Shown here: in pieces, positions 8,306 to 18,868 of the stretch
Numbering within the stretch: the first letter of the stretch is position 1
How the letters are laid out: every line of letters begins with the position of its first letter
Source: Propionibacteriaceae bacterium
GTDB taxonomy: Bacteria; Actinomycetota; Actinomycetes; Propionibacteriales; Propionibacteriaceae
Assembly (NCBI GenBank): GCA_030538315.1
Contig: JAUNUF010000004.1
Location: forward strand, 7,760 to 71,759
Direction of reading: 5' to 3'
DNA length: 64,000 nucleotides
Notes under the pieces: model-generated
The model's input: the letters and a program-made list of their open reading frames with translations, nothing else
The model's database searches: none
Told to the model about the DNA's origin: nothing
Made by a program: the position numbers and the translations under genes

Positions 8306-10351
8306 ATGACAACCACATGGCCCATCCCCGGAATCGGGTACGGCGGCGACTACAACCCGGAGCAATGGCCTCGGGCAACCTGGGATGACGACGTCACGCT
8401 GATGCGGCAGGCGGGCATCAACTTGGTGAGCGTGGGGATGTGGGCGTGGGCCCTCATTGAGACGGACGAAGGCGTCTTCGACTTCTCTTGGCTCGACGAC
8501 CTGCTCGACCTGCTCCACCGAAACGGGATCGCCGTCGACCTAGGCACACCGACGGCAGCCCCGCCCGCTTGGTTCTTCGCGAAGTACCCAGAATCCAGGG
8601 TGGTGACACGCGACGGCGTGGCGCTCGGGTTTGGTTCCCGCGGCATGGTCTCGCCGTCGTCTCCCGCCTATCGAGAGGCGATCGTGCGCATCGCCTCGGC
8701 CCTCGCGGAGCGCTACGCCCACCACCCCGCCGTCGTCATGTGGCACGTGCACAACGAATACGGCGCACCGGTCAGCGAATGCTATTCCCACGCCTCTGTT
8801 CTCGCTTTCCGCACCTGGCTCCGGGAGAAGTACCAAAGCCTCGATGCACTCAACCACGCGTGGGGCACCACAGTGTGGGGCCAGCACTACACCTCATGGG
8901 AGCACATCGGCGCTCCGGCAGCAGCGCCGTCGGTGGTCAACCCGTCCCAGCGGCTGGATTTCGCCCGGTTCTCAGATCACCAGCTGCGGCAATGCTTCAT
9001 CGCGGAACGTGATGCGATTCGCGCGCACGCCGCGCAGCCCATCACCACCAACTTCATGGCCAACCAGCACTGGGGCGTCAACCTGTGGGAATGGGCACGC
9101 GAAGTGGACATCGTCTCCGACGACCACTACCTCGTCGCCGCAGACCCTGAGGCCGAGATCGGCCTAGCCATCGCTGCAGACCTCACTCGTTCGCTCGCCG
9201 GTGGGCGCCCCTGGATCATGCTGGAGCATTCCACCTCCGGGGTGAACTGGCAGGAACGCAACGTGGCCAAGCGCCCAGGCGAGATGGCCCGCAACTCCAT
9301 GGCGCACCTCGCCCGGGGCGCCGACGCAATCTGCTTCTTCCAGGTGCGTGGTGCCAGGTGGGGCCAGGAGAAGTTCCATTCGGCCATGATTCCGCACGCC
9401 GGTCGGGACACCCGCATCTTCCGCGAGGTCGTGGCGCTGGGTGAGACCCTGGGTCAGCTGGGCGATGTGCGCGGGTCGACGGTCCACGCCGAGGTTGCTT
9501 TCCTCTGGGATTTCGAGTCCATGTGGGCACAGGATCTCGAGTGGCGGCCATCTGTGGATCTCGGCCACAAGGAGAGGATGCGCGCTTGGTATGAGCCGTT
9601 CTGGCGCCGCAACATCACTGTCGACTTCGTGCACCCCAGCCACGACCTCACTGGCTATCGCTTGGTGGTGGCACCGGCCCAATACCTCCTCAGCAAGGCA
9701 GATGCGGCCAATCTGGACGCCTTCGTGGCCCGCGGAGGAACACTGCTGGCGAGCTGCTTCACCGCCGCCGTCGACGACAACGATGCCGTTCATGAGGGCG
9801 GCTATCTCGCCCCACTCTCGGAGACTTTCGGAATCCGGGTTCATGAGTACCTGCCGTTGCGGCAGGGCGACGCCCTGCGCGTGGCCCTGGAGGGCACTCA
9901 CTACGGTGCCGATGTCTGGGCCGAAGACATCGAACCACTGAGCGCGCAAACGGTTGCGACCTACATCGACGGGCCTGTACCCGGGGCCCCAGCCATCACC
10001 CGCAACACCCGGGGCGAAGGCGTCGCTTGGTACGTCAGCACCCGCCTCGGCACCGAAGGAATCACCACCGTCGTGGAGCAGGCCGTCACCGATGCCGGTG
10101 TAAGCGCGCCTGTCACCCCACCCGGAGTCGAACTCGTCACCCGAACAGGCGACAACGGCTCATTTGCCGTCGCGATCAACCACCGCGACACGCCCGCAGA
10201 GCTCCAGCTCCACGGCACCGACATGATCACCAACCTCCCCATCCCAACCCCACTGCGTATCGACGGCGGCGCCATCGTCGTCGTGCGCCTGACCCCGGAG
10301 CACCCCTCGCTCTCCACACCCACCGAATCGTTCATGGAAAGGACGAACTGA
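8306..10351 (+). CDS. GH42 beta-galactosidase
   Basis: The N-terminal IGYGGDYNPEQWP motif, the WHVHNEYG acid/base region, and the ~680 aa length are typical of GH42. Start is the ATG at 8306. Confidence 0.9.
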   Translation: MTTTWPIPGIGYGGDYNPEQWPRATWDDDVTLMRQAGINLVSVGMWAWALIETDEGVFDFSWLDDLLDLLHRNGIAVDLGTPTAAPPAWFFAKYPESRVVTRDGVALGFGSRGMVSPSSPAYREAIVRIASALAERYAHHPAVVMWHVHNEYGAPVSECYSHASVLAFRTWLREKYQSLDALNHAWGTTVWGQHYTSWEHIGAPAAAPSVVNPSQRLDFARFSDHQLRQCFIAERDAIRAHAAQPITTNFMANQHWGVNLWEWAREVDIVSDDHYLVAADPEAEIGLAIAADLTRSLAGGRPWIMLEHSTSGVNWQERNVAKRPGEMARNSMAHLARGADAICFFQVRGARWGQEKFHSAMIPHAGRDTRIFREVVALGETLGQLGDVRGSTVHAEVAFLWDFESMWAQDLEWRPSVDLGHKERMRAWYEPFWRRNITVDFVHPSHDLTGYRLVVAPAQYLLSKADAANLDAFVARGGTLLASCFTAAVDDNDAVHEGGYLAPLSETFGIRVHEYLPLRQGDALRVALEGTHYGADVWAEDIEPLSAQTVATYIDGPVPGAPAITRNTRGEGVAWYVSTRLGTEGITTVVEQAVTDAGVSAPVTPPGVELVTRTGDNGSFAVAINHRDTPAELQLHGTDMITNLPIPTPLRIDGGAIVVVRLTPEHPSLSTPTESFMERTN

Positions 10352-10352
10352 C

Positions 10353-11624
10353 ATGAGGAAACTTCTATTGGGCGCCGTTGCGCTGAGCTCAGCGGCACTC
10401 CTCGCAGCATGCGGCGGGGCGGCCACGCCCACCACCGCCACCACCACCGAGGGCACCACCACCGCCACCACCGGCACCACCGCCCCGGCACCCGCGGGCA
10501 GCGATGCCACCATCGTGATCTGGACCGACGCCGAACGCGAGGGCGTCATCAAGGCCCAGGCCGAGCGGTACACGGCTGACACCGGCGCCAACGTCACCGT
10601 CGTGCAGAAGAACTTTGAGGATCTGCGCAACGACTTCATCGCGCAGGTCCCCACCGGAGAAGGCCCCGACATCACCATCGGCGCCCACGACTGGCTGGGC
10701 GCCCTGGTCACCGCAGGAGTGGTGGACAGCGTGGATCTGGGAGACCGCGCCGCCGAGTTCGAGAAGGTGGCCTTGGATGCCATGACCTACGACGGCCAGC
10801 TCTACGCCATGCCCTACTCCATGGAGACCGTCGCCCTCATCCAGAACACCGACATGGTGGGCACCGAAGCGCCCGCCACGTGGGACGAGATGATCCAGCG
10901 CGGCAAGGAAGCCGCTGGCGCCGAGCGCCCATTCGTCATCACCACGAACGGAGAAACCGGTGATGGCTACTACATGTACGGTTTCCAGACGTCTTTCGAC
11001 GCTCCTGTATTCGTGCAGGACTCCTCCGGTTCCTACACCAGCGAAGTGGGCATGAAGGGCGCTCCCGGCGAAGCCTTCGCGCAGTGGCTGTACGACAACG
11101 GCAGCAAGGGCACCGGCTACCTGTCCACCACCATTGACTACGACATCAACAACGAGCTCTTCAGCACCGGCAAGGTCCCCTTCACGGTGCAGGGCCCGTG
11201 GTCCATCCCGTCCTACGCCGACATCAACGTAGTGGTCAACCCCATCCCCTCAGCAGGTCCGTCTCCCGCAGGCCCGTTCGTCGGCGTACAGGGCTTCTAC
11301 CTCAGCTCACAGAGCGCCAACCCCCTGCTGGCACAGGATTTCCTGATGAACTACCTGGGCACCGAAGAGGGTCAGCGAGCGCTCTATGAGGCCGATCCTC
11401 GGCTGCCCGCGCTGACGGTCATCGGCGAGAGCGTTGCCGACGACCCGATCATCGCCGGCTTCCTCGCCTCCGCCCAGAACGGCGTACCCATGCCGAGCAT
11501 CCCCGAAATGGGTGCGGTGTGGGACTTCTGGAATGCCGCCGAATCGCAGATCATCAACGGGGCCGAGCCGAAGGCCACCTGGAACACCATGATCACCAAC
11601 CTTGAGGCGTCCCTCGCGGGCTGA
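10353..11624 (+). CDS. CUT1 sugar ABC transporter substrate-binding lipoprotein (MalE-like)
   Basis: Lipobox LLAACGG, a Thr-rich linker, and a family-1 SBP body (GPDITIGAHDWLG, AMPYSMETVALI). Confidence 0.85.
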   Translation: MRKLLLGAVALSSAALLAACGGAATPTTATTTEGTTTATTGTTAPAPAGSDATIVIWTDAEREGVIKAQAERYTADTGANVTVVQKNFEDLRNDFIAQVPTGEGPDITIGAHDWLGALVTAGVVDSVDLGDRAAEFEKVALDAMTYDGQLYAMPYSMETVALIQNTDMVGTEAPATWDEMIQRGKEAAGAERPFVITTNGETGDGYYMYGFQTSFDAPVFVQDSSGSYTSEVGMKGAPGEAFAQWLYDNGSKGTGYLSTTIDYDINNELFSTGKVPFTVQGPWSIPSYADINVVVNPIPSAGPSPAGPFVGVQGFYLSSQSANPLLAQDFLMNYLGTEEGQRALYEADPRLPALTVIGESVADDPIIAGFLASAQNGVPMPSIPEMGAVWDFWNAAESQIINGAEPKATWNTMITNLEASLAG

Positions 11625-11633
11625 CCCGACGGC

Positions 11634-11659
11634 GGGAGCGCCGGTTCGTCGGCGCTCCC
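11634..11659 (+). promoter_or_regulatory. Intercistronic stem-loop after the SBP gene
   Basis: GGGAGCGCCG-gttcgt-CGGCGCTCCC forms a 10-bp perfect stem between the SBP and permease genes. Confidence 0.5.
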
Positions 11660-11707
11660 CCACCGGGCTGGCCCACCGCCCCACGGGCGGCAGCGTTAGG
11701 AAAGTCG

Positions 11708-13312
11708 ATGAACGGCACCTCCACACCCGCGGCGACGACGCCGCGCCCCGAATCCCACGCCCGCAATTGGCGAGGCACTGGCCTGGGATTCGTCGTCAAG
11801 CTGCTTCTGATGGGCGTTGTGAACGCCTTCGGCATCAGCGTCATCCTGTCCGCTTGGAGCGCCCAGTCCTGGGTGATCCTCGGCGCCAGCGTCGTGCTCC
11901 TGGCAGTAGCCAACTGGGTGTACTTCGCGCGCCGCACGGTACCTCTCAAGTATCTGCTCCCCGGACTGGTCTTCCTCTTTGTCTTCCAGATCTTCACGCT
12001 GGGTTACACGGGCTACGTGGCCTTCACCAACTACGGCACGGGCCATGCGGGCTCCATGCAGCAGGCCGTCGACGCCGCGCTGATTCAAGATGAGCGTCGT
12101 CTCCCAGGCGCTGCAGACTACCCGCTCGCGGTCGTGACCCAAGGCGACACCGTCGGGTTCGCCATCAACGACGACGGCGTCGTCAAGGTGGGCACATCCG
12201 AGCAGGCCTTGGCGATCACGGAAGGCGCCACCGTCAGCGATGCCGGGCTCCCCGTAGAGGTTCCGGGCTGGACAGTGGTGCCGCGCGCAGAGCTGCTCAC
12301 CAACACCGAAATGGCCAACACCGTCACCTCCATGCGAGTGCCGGTCTCAGCCGAGGCCAGCGACGGCTCGGTGCGCACGCGGGAGGGCTCGAAGGCATCC
12401 ATCTACTCGTCGCGGCTGACGTGGGACGAACAGGCCCAGACGCTCACAAACAGCGAAACGGGCACCGTCTACTCTGCCACCGACCGCGGCAACTTCGTCG
12501 GCGACGACGGCTCAACCCTCCCTGCTGGGTGGTACGTGAACGTGGGCTTCGACAACTTCGTTCGGGCCGTGTCAGACACCTCACTGGCTGGGCCATTGCT
12601 ACAGGTGTCGTGGTGGACTTTCGCGTTCGCTCTGGGTTCCGTGGTCATCAGCTTCGGCGTGGGTCTGGGCTTCGCCCTGATCTACAACGACGAGCGGGTG
12701 AAGGGCCGCAAGCTGATCCGCACCCTGCTGATCCTCCCATACGCATTCCCCGCCTTCATGAGCGCGCTGCTGTGGCGCGGCATGTTGAACCCTGAGTTCG
12801 GCATCGTCAACGACCTGTTCTTTGGCGGCGCCTCCATCGGCTGGCTGCAAGATCCGTGGCTGGCGCGCGGCGCCGTCCTCTTCGTCAACGTCTGGCTCAG
12901 CTATCCGTACTGGTTCCTCGTCTGCACGGGCGCGCTGCAGGCGCTGCCTGCGGACACCTTGGAGGCTGCAACGCTGGATGGCGCGGGCAAGTGGCGGCGG
13001 TTCCAATCCGTGGTACTACCGCTGCTGTTGGTGTCGACGGCGCCCTTGGCGATCTCGTCCTTCGCGTTCAGCTTCAACAACTTCACCATCATCTACATGC
13101 TCAGCGAGGGCGGGCCGTTCTTTGCGGGCAACCAGGCCCGGCTGGGTGCCACCGACATCCTCATCTCGGCGATCTACAAGATCTCCGGAGTGTCGGGAGG
13201 TGTGGCCGATTACGGCCTCGCCAGCGCCCTGTCCATCGTCGTGTTCGTCATCATCGGCGTGATCTCCGCGGTGGCGTTCCGTCAAACCCGCAAGCTTGAG
13301 GAGTACCAGTGA
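11708..13312 (+). CDS. Sugar ABC transporter permease (MalF-like, large periplasmic loop)
   Basis: Multiple TM segments, the EAA loop ALPADTLEAATLDGAGKWRRF, and a long P2-type loop. Confidence 0.85.
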   Translation: MNGTSTPAATTPRPESHARNWRGTGLGFVVKLLLMGVVNAFGISVILSAWSAQSWVILGASVVLLAVANWVYFARRTVPLKYLLPGLVFLFVFQIFTLGYTGYVAFTNYGTGHAGSMQQAVDAALIQDERRLPGAADYPLAVVTQGDTVGFAINDDGVVKVGTSEQALAITEGATVSDAGLPVEVPGWTVVPRAELLTNTEMANTVTSMRVPVSAEASDGSVRTREGSKASIYSSRLTWDEQAQTLTNSETGTVYSATDRGNFVGDDGSTLPAGWYVNVGFDNFVRAVSDTSLAGPLLQVSWWTFAFALGSVVISFGVGLGFALIYNDERVKGRKLIRTLLILPYAFPAFMSALLWRGMLNPEFGIVNDLFFGGASIGWLQDPWLARGAVLFVNVWLSYPYWFLVCTGALQALPADTLEAATLDGAGKWRRFQSVVLPLLLVSTAPLAISSFAFSFNNFTIIYMLSEGGPFFAGNQARLGATDILISAIYKISGVSGGVADYGLASALSIVVFVIIGVISAVAFRQTRKLEEYQ

Positions 13313-14202
13313 TGTCGAAGAATTCCTTCTCCACAGATCCCGCACGCATTCGTGGGCGCCGCAGGCGCTGGATGGGCGAGGTGGCGTGGAAGTACCCGCT
13401 CGCCGTGGTGCTCATCGCCTACGCGGTGTTCCCACTCCTGTACGTCGTCTCGGCGTCGTTGAATCCACGCGGCTCGCTGGCGGGCAGCTCGGCCCTGTTC
13501 TCCTCGTGGTCCGTGAGCAACTTCCAAGCATTGTCGGAGACGTCCTATTGGACGTGGTTCCTGAACACCCTGATCGTCTCCGGCTCCGCAGCGATCGGTG
13601 CCGTGCTGATGGGCGCCGCGGCCGCCTACGCCTTCTCCCGGTTCCGGTTCAAGGGCAGGCGGTTCAGCCTGACGTCGCTGCTGATCGTGCAGATGTTCCC
13701 GCAAACCATCGCGTTCGTGGCCGTCTTCCTGCTGCTGCTGTCGCTGGGTGAGGTGGTTCCCGCCCTGGGCATCAACTCCAAGCTGGCGCTCATCTGCGTC
13801 TACTTGGGTGGGGCGCTGGGCGCGAACACGTTCCTGATGTACGGCTTCTTCAACTCCATCCCCATGGAGATTGACGAGTCCGCAAAGATCGACGGCGCCA
13901 GCCACGCGCAGATCTTCTGGAAGCTGATCATGCCCTTGGTGTCGCCCATCCTCGCCGTTGTGGGGCTGCTGGCCTTCATCTCGAGCTTCGGGGATTTCAT
14001 CCTCGCCAAAATCGTGCTGGTGTCTGAGGACAACTGGACGTTGGCGGTGGGCATGTATCAGTGGGTGTCCAACCAGCTCACCTCCCGTTGGGGCCTGTTC
14101 GCAGCTGGCGTCGTGCTGGCCGCCGTGCCCGTCTTGGCGCTGTTCCTCGCTCTGCAGCGCTACATCGTCGGCGGCCTGACTGCCGGCTCCGTCAAGGGCT
14201 GA
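13309..14202 (+). CDS. Sugar ABC transporter permease (MalG-like)
   Basis: EAA loop IPMEIDESAKIDGASHAQIFWK and 6 TM segments. Overlaps the upstream stop (GTGATG). Confidence 0.85.
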   Translation: MMSKNSFSTDPARIRGRRRRWMGEVAWKYPLAVVLIAYAVFPLLYVVSASLNPRGSLAGSSALFSSWSVSNFQALSETSYWTWFLNTLIVSGSAAIGAVLMGAAAAYAFSRFRFKGRRFSLTSLLIVQMFPQTIAFVAVFLLLLSLGEVVPALGINSKLALICVYLGGALGANTFLMYGFFNSIPMEIDESAKIDGASHAQIFWKLIMPLVSPILAVVGLLAFISSFGDFILAKIVLVSEDNWTLAVGMYQWVSNQLTSRWGLFAAGVVLAAVPVLALFLALQRYIVGGLTAGSVKG

Positions 14203-14221
14203 CGAACCGACCCCTGTCACA

Positions 14222-14277
14222 GCTCCGTAACATCTGCTAAAGTAATGGTTCATTCACTTTTTCAGATGTTACGGAGC
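14222..14277. promoter_or_regulatory. Candidate HipB operator/promoter: 15-bp perfect inverted repeat around an AT-rich spacer
   Basis: GCTCCGTAACATCTG (14222-14236) and CAGATGTTACGGAGC (14263-14277) flank a 26-nt AT-rich spacer. The element ends 7 nt before the hipB ATG. Confidence 0.6.
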
Positions 14278-14283
14278 CATGAC

Positions 14284-14541
14284 ATGACGGTGGTGGAACT
14301 GGGCAACGCCATCCGTGAGCGGCGCGTCGAGCTGGGCCTCACCCAGACCGACGTCGCCGCACAGGCGGGAACGTCGCGCCGCTGGCTGATCGAGCTGGAG
14401 GCAGGGCACCCCAACGCCCAACTCCACAAGGTGCTGAGTGTCCTGCACGCCCTCGAACTCGACGTCAGCCTGCACCCGGCCAGCCAGCTACCCCCTGCGC
14501 GCACCGAGTTGGACGACTTCGTGGAGAGCTTCGTCTCATGA
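14284..14541 (+). CDS. hipB: XRE-family HTH antitoxin (HipB-like)
   Basis: HTH LGLTQTDVAAQAGTSRRWLIELEAG. ATGA overlap with hipA. Start is taken at the ATG at 14284, downstream of the inverted repeat. Confidence 0.7.
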   Translation: MTVVELGNAIRERRVELGLTQTDVAAQAGTSRRWLIELEAGHPNAQLHKVLSVLHALELDVSLHPASQLPPARTELDDFVESFVS

Positions 14542-15785
14542 CAAGCCTCACGGTGTTCGTCAACGGCTCTGAGATCGGGCACCTCCGCAGGATTGGGCCC
14601 ACAATCCGGTTCGAGTACAGTCCCGCACACCTGGCCACCCCCTCCCCAATGCCCCTATCTCTGTCCATGCCACTGCGTGAAGGGCCTCAGCCTCAGCGCG
14701 CCACCATCGCGTGGCTGCAGGGCCTCCTCCCCGCGTCACTTGATGTCCGCAACAGGTTGGCTCAACGGTTCCAGGTCAAGGCCCATGATCTGCTGGGCCT
14801 CGTGCTCGCCGTCGGATTGGACCTCCCCGGCGCCGTGCAAGTGGCGCGGCACGCAGACGACATCGACCACCGGCACGGCAGCTACGAGCCGTTGACCCCT
14901 GACGATGTGGCCGCCCGGGTCCGGGGCCTGCGCCGCGACGAACCGGGCTGGCTGCTTCCGGACGAGGCATGGTCCCTCGGTGGAGCTCAAGGAAAATTCA
15001 CCCTCTACCGCGACGCGTCGGGCACGTGGCACGCCCCCAAGGGTTCAGCACCCAGCAGCCACATCGTCAAGCTGGGCACCAACCGGGCGCGGCTCAGCGC
15101 CCTCAACGAACATGTTTGCCTCGAAACCTACCGGTCACTCGGGCTACCGGCCGCCCGCTCCGAGGCGCTGTTTGTCGACGATGAGCCGGTCATCGTGGTG
15201 GAACGTTTCGACCGCTCGGCCGATGCCTCCGGGGTCATCACAAGACGACACCAGGAAGACCTCTGCCAGGCACTCGGGCACCAATTCGCCTACACCTCCG
15301 ACGGCGGGCCGGCTCCCGGCGACATCATCTCGCTGCTGCACACCCAGCCGTCGAGCCGAGACCGGTTCGTGCGCCAACTCATCGCCAACCTGCTGATCGG
15401 TTCACCCGACGGGCACGCCCGCAACTACTCGGTGCTGTTGGCGCCGGGGGGGTTCGCCCTCACTCCCGCGTACGACGTCGCCAGTTCCCTGCCCTATGAC
15501 CCCATCCCGGGCAGCCATGACCCCATGCATCTCCGCTCCGTTGCCATGCCCATCGGCGGAGAGCGAAGCTTCCACGCCATCGGCAGGCAGCACTGGGAGC
15601 GCTTCTTGCGCCACAATCTGCTGGATCCCGATCATTGGCTCCCAGAGGTGGGCCGCCTTGCCGCCGAGCTACCCCTCCATCTAGAGCAGGTGCTCAGAGC
15701 GAGCGGCTCAGCGGAGCTCACGGACAGGATGCTGCCCCGAGTCTTGGAGCATTGCCGCAGCGTGGCCGCACGCGCGCTGAACTAG
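14538..15785 (+). CDS. hipA: HipA-family serine/threonine kinase toxin
   Basis: HipA N-terminal pattern ([13 protein letters not shown]..., SLSMPL) and catalytic loop [13 protein letters not shown]. Confidence 0.85.
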   Translation: MTSLTVFVNGSEIGHLRRIGPTIRFEYSPAHLATPSPMPLSLSMPLREGPQPQRATIAWLQGLLPASLDVRNRLAQRFQVKAHDLLGLVLAVGLDLPGAVQVARHADDIDHRHGSYEPLTPDDVAARVRGLRRDEPGWLLPDEAWSLGGAQGKFTLYRDASGTWHAPKGSAPSSHIVKLGTNRARLSALNEHVCLETYRSLGLPAARSEALFVDDEPVIVVERFDRSADASGVITRRHQEDLCQALGHQFAYTSDGGPAPGDIISLLHTQPSSRDRFVRQLIANLLIGSPDGHARNYSVLLAPGGFALTPAYDVASSLPYDPIPGSHDPMHLRSVAMPIGGERSFHAIGRQHWERFLRHNLLDPDHWLPEVGRLAAELPLHLEQVLRASGSAELTDRMLPRVLEHCRSVAARALN

Positions 15786-17377
15786 CCAACGTCGACAGCG
15801 GCGCGCTCGATCACGAGGCCCCGGCGGAAGCGATCCATGAACCGGTTGAAGCCCTCAACGTCGCGCGGGTCAGGCGACATCGTCGAGACCTCTGCCCCAG
15901 CAAAGACCTCCTCGGCCAACCACTGAGGCAATGAGCGATCCGCAGCGTCGAGGTACGCCGCCAGCAGGGCCATACCCCACGCGCCTCCCTCGCCAGCGAT
16001 CTCGCCAACGGACACGGGCGTGTTCATCGCCGCCGCCAGGAAGCCCTGCGCCACGCCCTCCGTCTTGAACAGGCCACCGTGGGCGAACATCGAATCCACC
16101 TGCACACCCTCGTCAAGCGTCAACACATCCATGCCCACTCGCAGCGCGCCGAGCGCGGCGAAGAGGTGCGTGCGCATGAAGTTGGCCAAGCTGAAGTCGT
16201 TGGATGGATGCCGAACGAACAGCGGCCGGCCCTCCTCCAACCCGACGACGTGCTCGCCCGCCACGAAGTTGTAGGCCAGCATGCCACCAGCGTCGGGGGC
16301 GCCGTCGAGCGCGGACCGGTACAGCGTCTCGAACAACCGCCCGGTGTCCACCTCAACGCCATAGGCCGTGAGTGCCTCGCCGAACACGTTGACCCACGCG
16401 GAGAGGTCCAGCGCCCCGTTGTTGCAGTGCGCCATCGCCACGAGGTCGCCTGCGGGAGTGGTGACCAGGTCCAGTTCCTCATGGAGCGCCTTGAGTGGCC
16501 CCTCCAACACCACCATCGCGAAGATGGAGGTGCCCGCCGAGACGTTGGCCGTGCGCTGGGCGACGGCGTTGGTGGCCACCATGCCCGTGCCCGCATCGCC
16601 CTCCGGCGGCGCCATCGGGGCACCGGCCTGAAGCGACCCCGTGGGGTCAAGCAACAGCGCGCCCGCCTCAGTCAGCTGCCCGGCGTTCTCACCTGCCCGA
16701 CGAACCTCCGGCAGAATGTCCGCCAACTTCCAGGGGTAGCCGCGATCCGCGACCAGCTCGTCGAACTGGGCCAGCATCCCCTGGTGGTAGGTGCCCGCGG
16801 CCACGTCGATGGGGAACATACCGCTGGCATCCCCCACGCCCAGCACGCGCTCCCCCGTCAGCTTCCAGTGCACGTACGCCGACAAGGTGGTGAGGTAATC
16901 GATCCTCGCCACATGCTCCTCGCCATTGAGGATGGCCTGGTACAGGTGCGCGACGCTCCACCGCTGCGGCACGTTCTGCTGGAACAGCTGAGTCAGCTCC
17001 CCGGCAGCCTCCTGCGTCATGGTGTTTTGCCACGTCCGGAAACCGACGAGCTGCTCACCCTCGGCGTCCAGAACCAGGTAGCCGTGCATCATCGCGGAGA
17101 CACCCAAGGCCTTGACCTGCCGCAACTCCTCACCCAACTGTTCCCGCACGGTGGCGGCCAAGTCCGCGACGGCGGCCTGCGCGCCGCGCCACACGTCGTC
17201 GAGGCTGTAGGTCCAGATGCCCGCCTCCAGCGAGGCGCGCCACTCGTGGCCGCCCGTGGCGATGGGGAGCAGATCAGGGCCGATCAGGACGGCCTTGATG
17301 CGGGTCGAGCCGAACTCGATGCCCAGGGCAGCAGATCCGGAGCGGACGGCGGCGCGGGCGGTTTCGTTGGTGTCCAC
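15782..17377 (-). CDS. FGGY-family carbohydrate kinase (xylulokinase/ribulokinase-like)
   Basis: N-terminal [15 protein letters not shown] ATPase motif and the ~530 aa FGGY two-domain pattern. GTG start. Confidence 0.8.
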   Translation of the reverse strand: MDTNETARAAVRSGSAALGIEFGSTRIKAVLIGPDLLPIATGGHEWRASLEAGIWTYSLDDVWRGAQAAVADLAATVREQLGEELRQVKALGVSAMMHGYLVLDAEGEQLVGFRTWQNTMTQEAAGELTQLFQQNVPQRWSVAHLYQAILNGEEHVARIDYLTTLSAYVHWKLTGERVLGVGDASGMFPIDVAAGTYHQGMLAQFDELVADRGYPWKLADILPEVRRAGENAGQLTEAGALLLDPTGSLQAGAPMAPPEGDAGTGMVATNAVAQRTANVSAGTSIFAMVVLEGPLKALHEELDLVTTPAGDLVAMAHCNNGALDLSAWVNVFGEALTAYGVEVDTGRLFETLYRSALDGAPDAGGMLAYNFVAGEHVVGLEEGRPLFVRHPSNDFSLANFMRTHLFAALGALRVGMDVLTLDEGVQVDSMFAHGGLFKTEGVAQGFLAAAMNTPVSVGEIAGEGGAWGMALLAAYLDAADRSLPQWLAEEVFAGAEVSTMSPDPRDVEGFNRFMDRFRRGLVIERAAVDVG

Positions 17378-17473
17378 GATGACCCTTTCGAAAAAGACCT
17401 GAGGCTGAGGCCTTCATCATAATGACGCCGAGAAGGTGGCTGAAGGCGCGGCTGGCAGCAGAGTCTGGCTAGT

Positions 17474-18826
17474 GTGATGGACATGCGGATTTCTGTGATT
17501 GGTTGCGGTTACCTCGGCGCGGTGCACGCAGCGTGCATGGCAGAGCTGGGCCACGAGGTTGTGGGCCTGGATGTGGACGAGGCGAAGATCGCCAAACTCT
17601 CCCAGGGGATCGCCCCGTTCATCGAGCAGGGGCTGCCTGAATTGCTGGAGAAGCATGTGGCATCTGGCCGGCTCAGGTTCACCACCAACCCGGCCGAGAT
17701 CTCGGAGGCGCAGATCCACTTCATCGGGGTGGGCACTCCGCAGCAGCAGGGGCGTTTGGGTGCGGACATGACCTACGTCAACCAGGCCGTGGCCACCATC
17801 ATCGAGCACGCCAACCCGCCCCAGGCCGACAAGCCTGTGCTGGTGGCCGGCAAATCCACCGTCCCCGTCGGCACCGCCGAGGCCATCGCCGCAGATCTGG
17901 CCGCCTCGGGCAAGGACATCATCCTGGCCTGGAACCCGGAGTTCCTCCGCGAGGGCTACGCCGTGCAGGACACGCTGACCCCAGACCGGATCGTCTACGG
18001 CCTGCCGGAAGATCACGCCGTCGGAGATGTGGCCAAGGCGCTGCTGGATGAGTGTTACGCCACTCCCCTGGCCGCAGGCACGCCCCTGGTGGTGGCCAAC
18101 TACCCCACCGCGGAGTTGGTGAAGGTGGCGGCCAACTCGTTCTTGGCCACGAAGATCTCGTTCATCAACGCCATGGCTGAGCTGTGCGACGCCACCGGCG
18201 GCGACGTGACGCGGCTGGCGGAGGCCATCGGCTACGACGACCGCATTGGGCACAAGTTCCTCGGCGCCGGCATCGGGTTTGGCGGTGGCTGCCTCCCCAA
18301 GGACATCCGCGCGTTCATGGCCCGCGCCGGCGAGCTGGGGGTGGATCAGGCCCTCACCTTCCTGCGCGAAGTGGACACGATCAACCTGCGCCGCCGCGAT
18401 CACGCGATCAACCTCGCCGAGGAAGCCGTGGGTGGCCGCCTCGTCGGCAAGAAGATCGCCGTGCTGGGCATCACCTTCAAGCCAGATACCGACGACCTGC
18501 GTGACTCACCCGCCCTCGACATCGCCAGCCGGCTGTGGGCCCGCGGGGCCGAACTTGCCATCGTCGACCCGGCAGCCGGTCACATCCTCCGCGAACGCCG
18601 CCCGGATCTGACGGTCCCGGAAACCGTTGAGGAGGCACTCGACGGCGCAGACGTGGTGATGCTGCTCACGCCGTGGAAGGAGTACACCCAGCTTGATCCG
18701 GCCGAGATCCTGCCGCTGGTGGACACCCCCAACATCATCGATGGCCGCAACGTGCTCAACCCGCAACAGTGGGCCGACGCGGGCTGGACCTACTACGGAA
18801 TGGGCCGCGGGGTCGCCACCTGGTGA
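17474..18826 (+). CDS. ugd: UDP-glucose 6-dehydrogenase
   Basis: Rossmann motif ISVIGCGYLGAVHAACMA and catalytic region GFGGGCLPKD. Start is ambiguous (GTG 17474 / ATG 17477 / ATG 17483). Confidence 0.9.
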   Translation: MMDMRISVIGCGYLGAVHAACMAELGHEVVGLDVDEAKIAKLSQGIAPFIEQGLPELLEKHVASGRLRFTTNPAEISEAQIHFIGVGTPQQQGRLGADMTYVNQAVATIIEHANPPQADKPVLVAGKSTVPVGTAEAIAADLAASGKDIILAWNPEFLREGYAVQDTLTPDRIVYGLPEDHAVGDVAKALLDECYATPLAAGTPLVVANYPTAELVKVAANSFLATKISFINAMAELCDATGGDVTRLAEAIGYDDRIGHKFLGAGIGFGGGCLPKDIRAFMARAGELGVDQALTFLREVDTINLRRRDHAINLAEEAVGGRLVGKKIAVLGITFKPDTDDLRDSPALDIASRLWARGAELAIVDPAAGHILRERRPDLTVPETVEEALDGADVVMLLTPWKEYTQLDPAEILPLVDTPNIIDGRNVLNPQQWADAGWTYYGMGRGVATW

Positions 18827-18868
18827 CCCCGCGCTCTCACCGGGGCGCCGTCGACGACGGCGGCGCGG

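Noticed and set aside
18827-18868. Palindrome CGCCGTCG-A-CGACGGCG between the convergent ugd and CAP genes, considered as a terminator.
   Set aside because: It has essentially no loop (1 nt) and no U-tract. It may still pause transcription, but the evidence is too weak to call.
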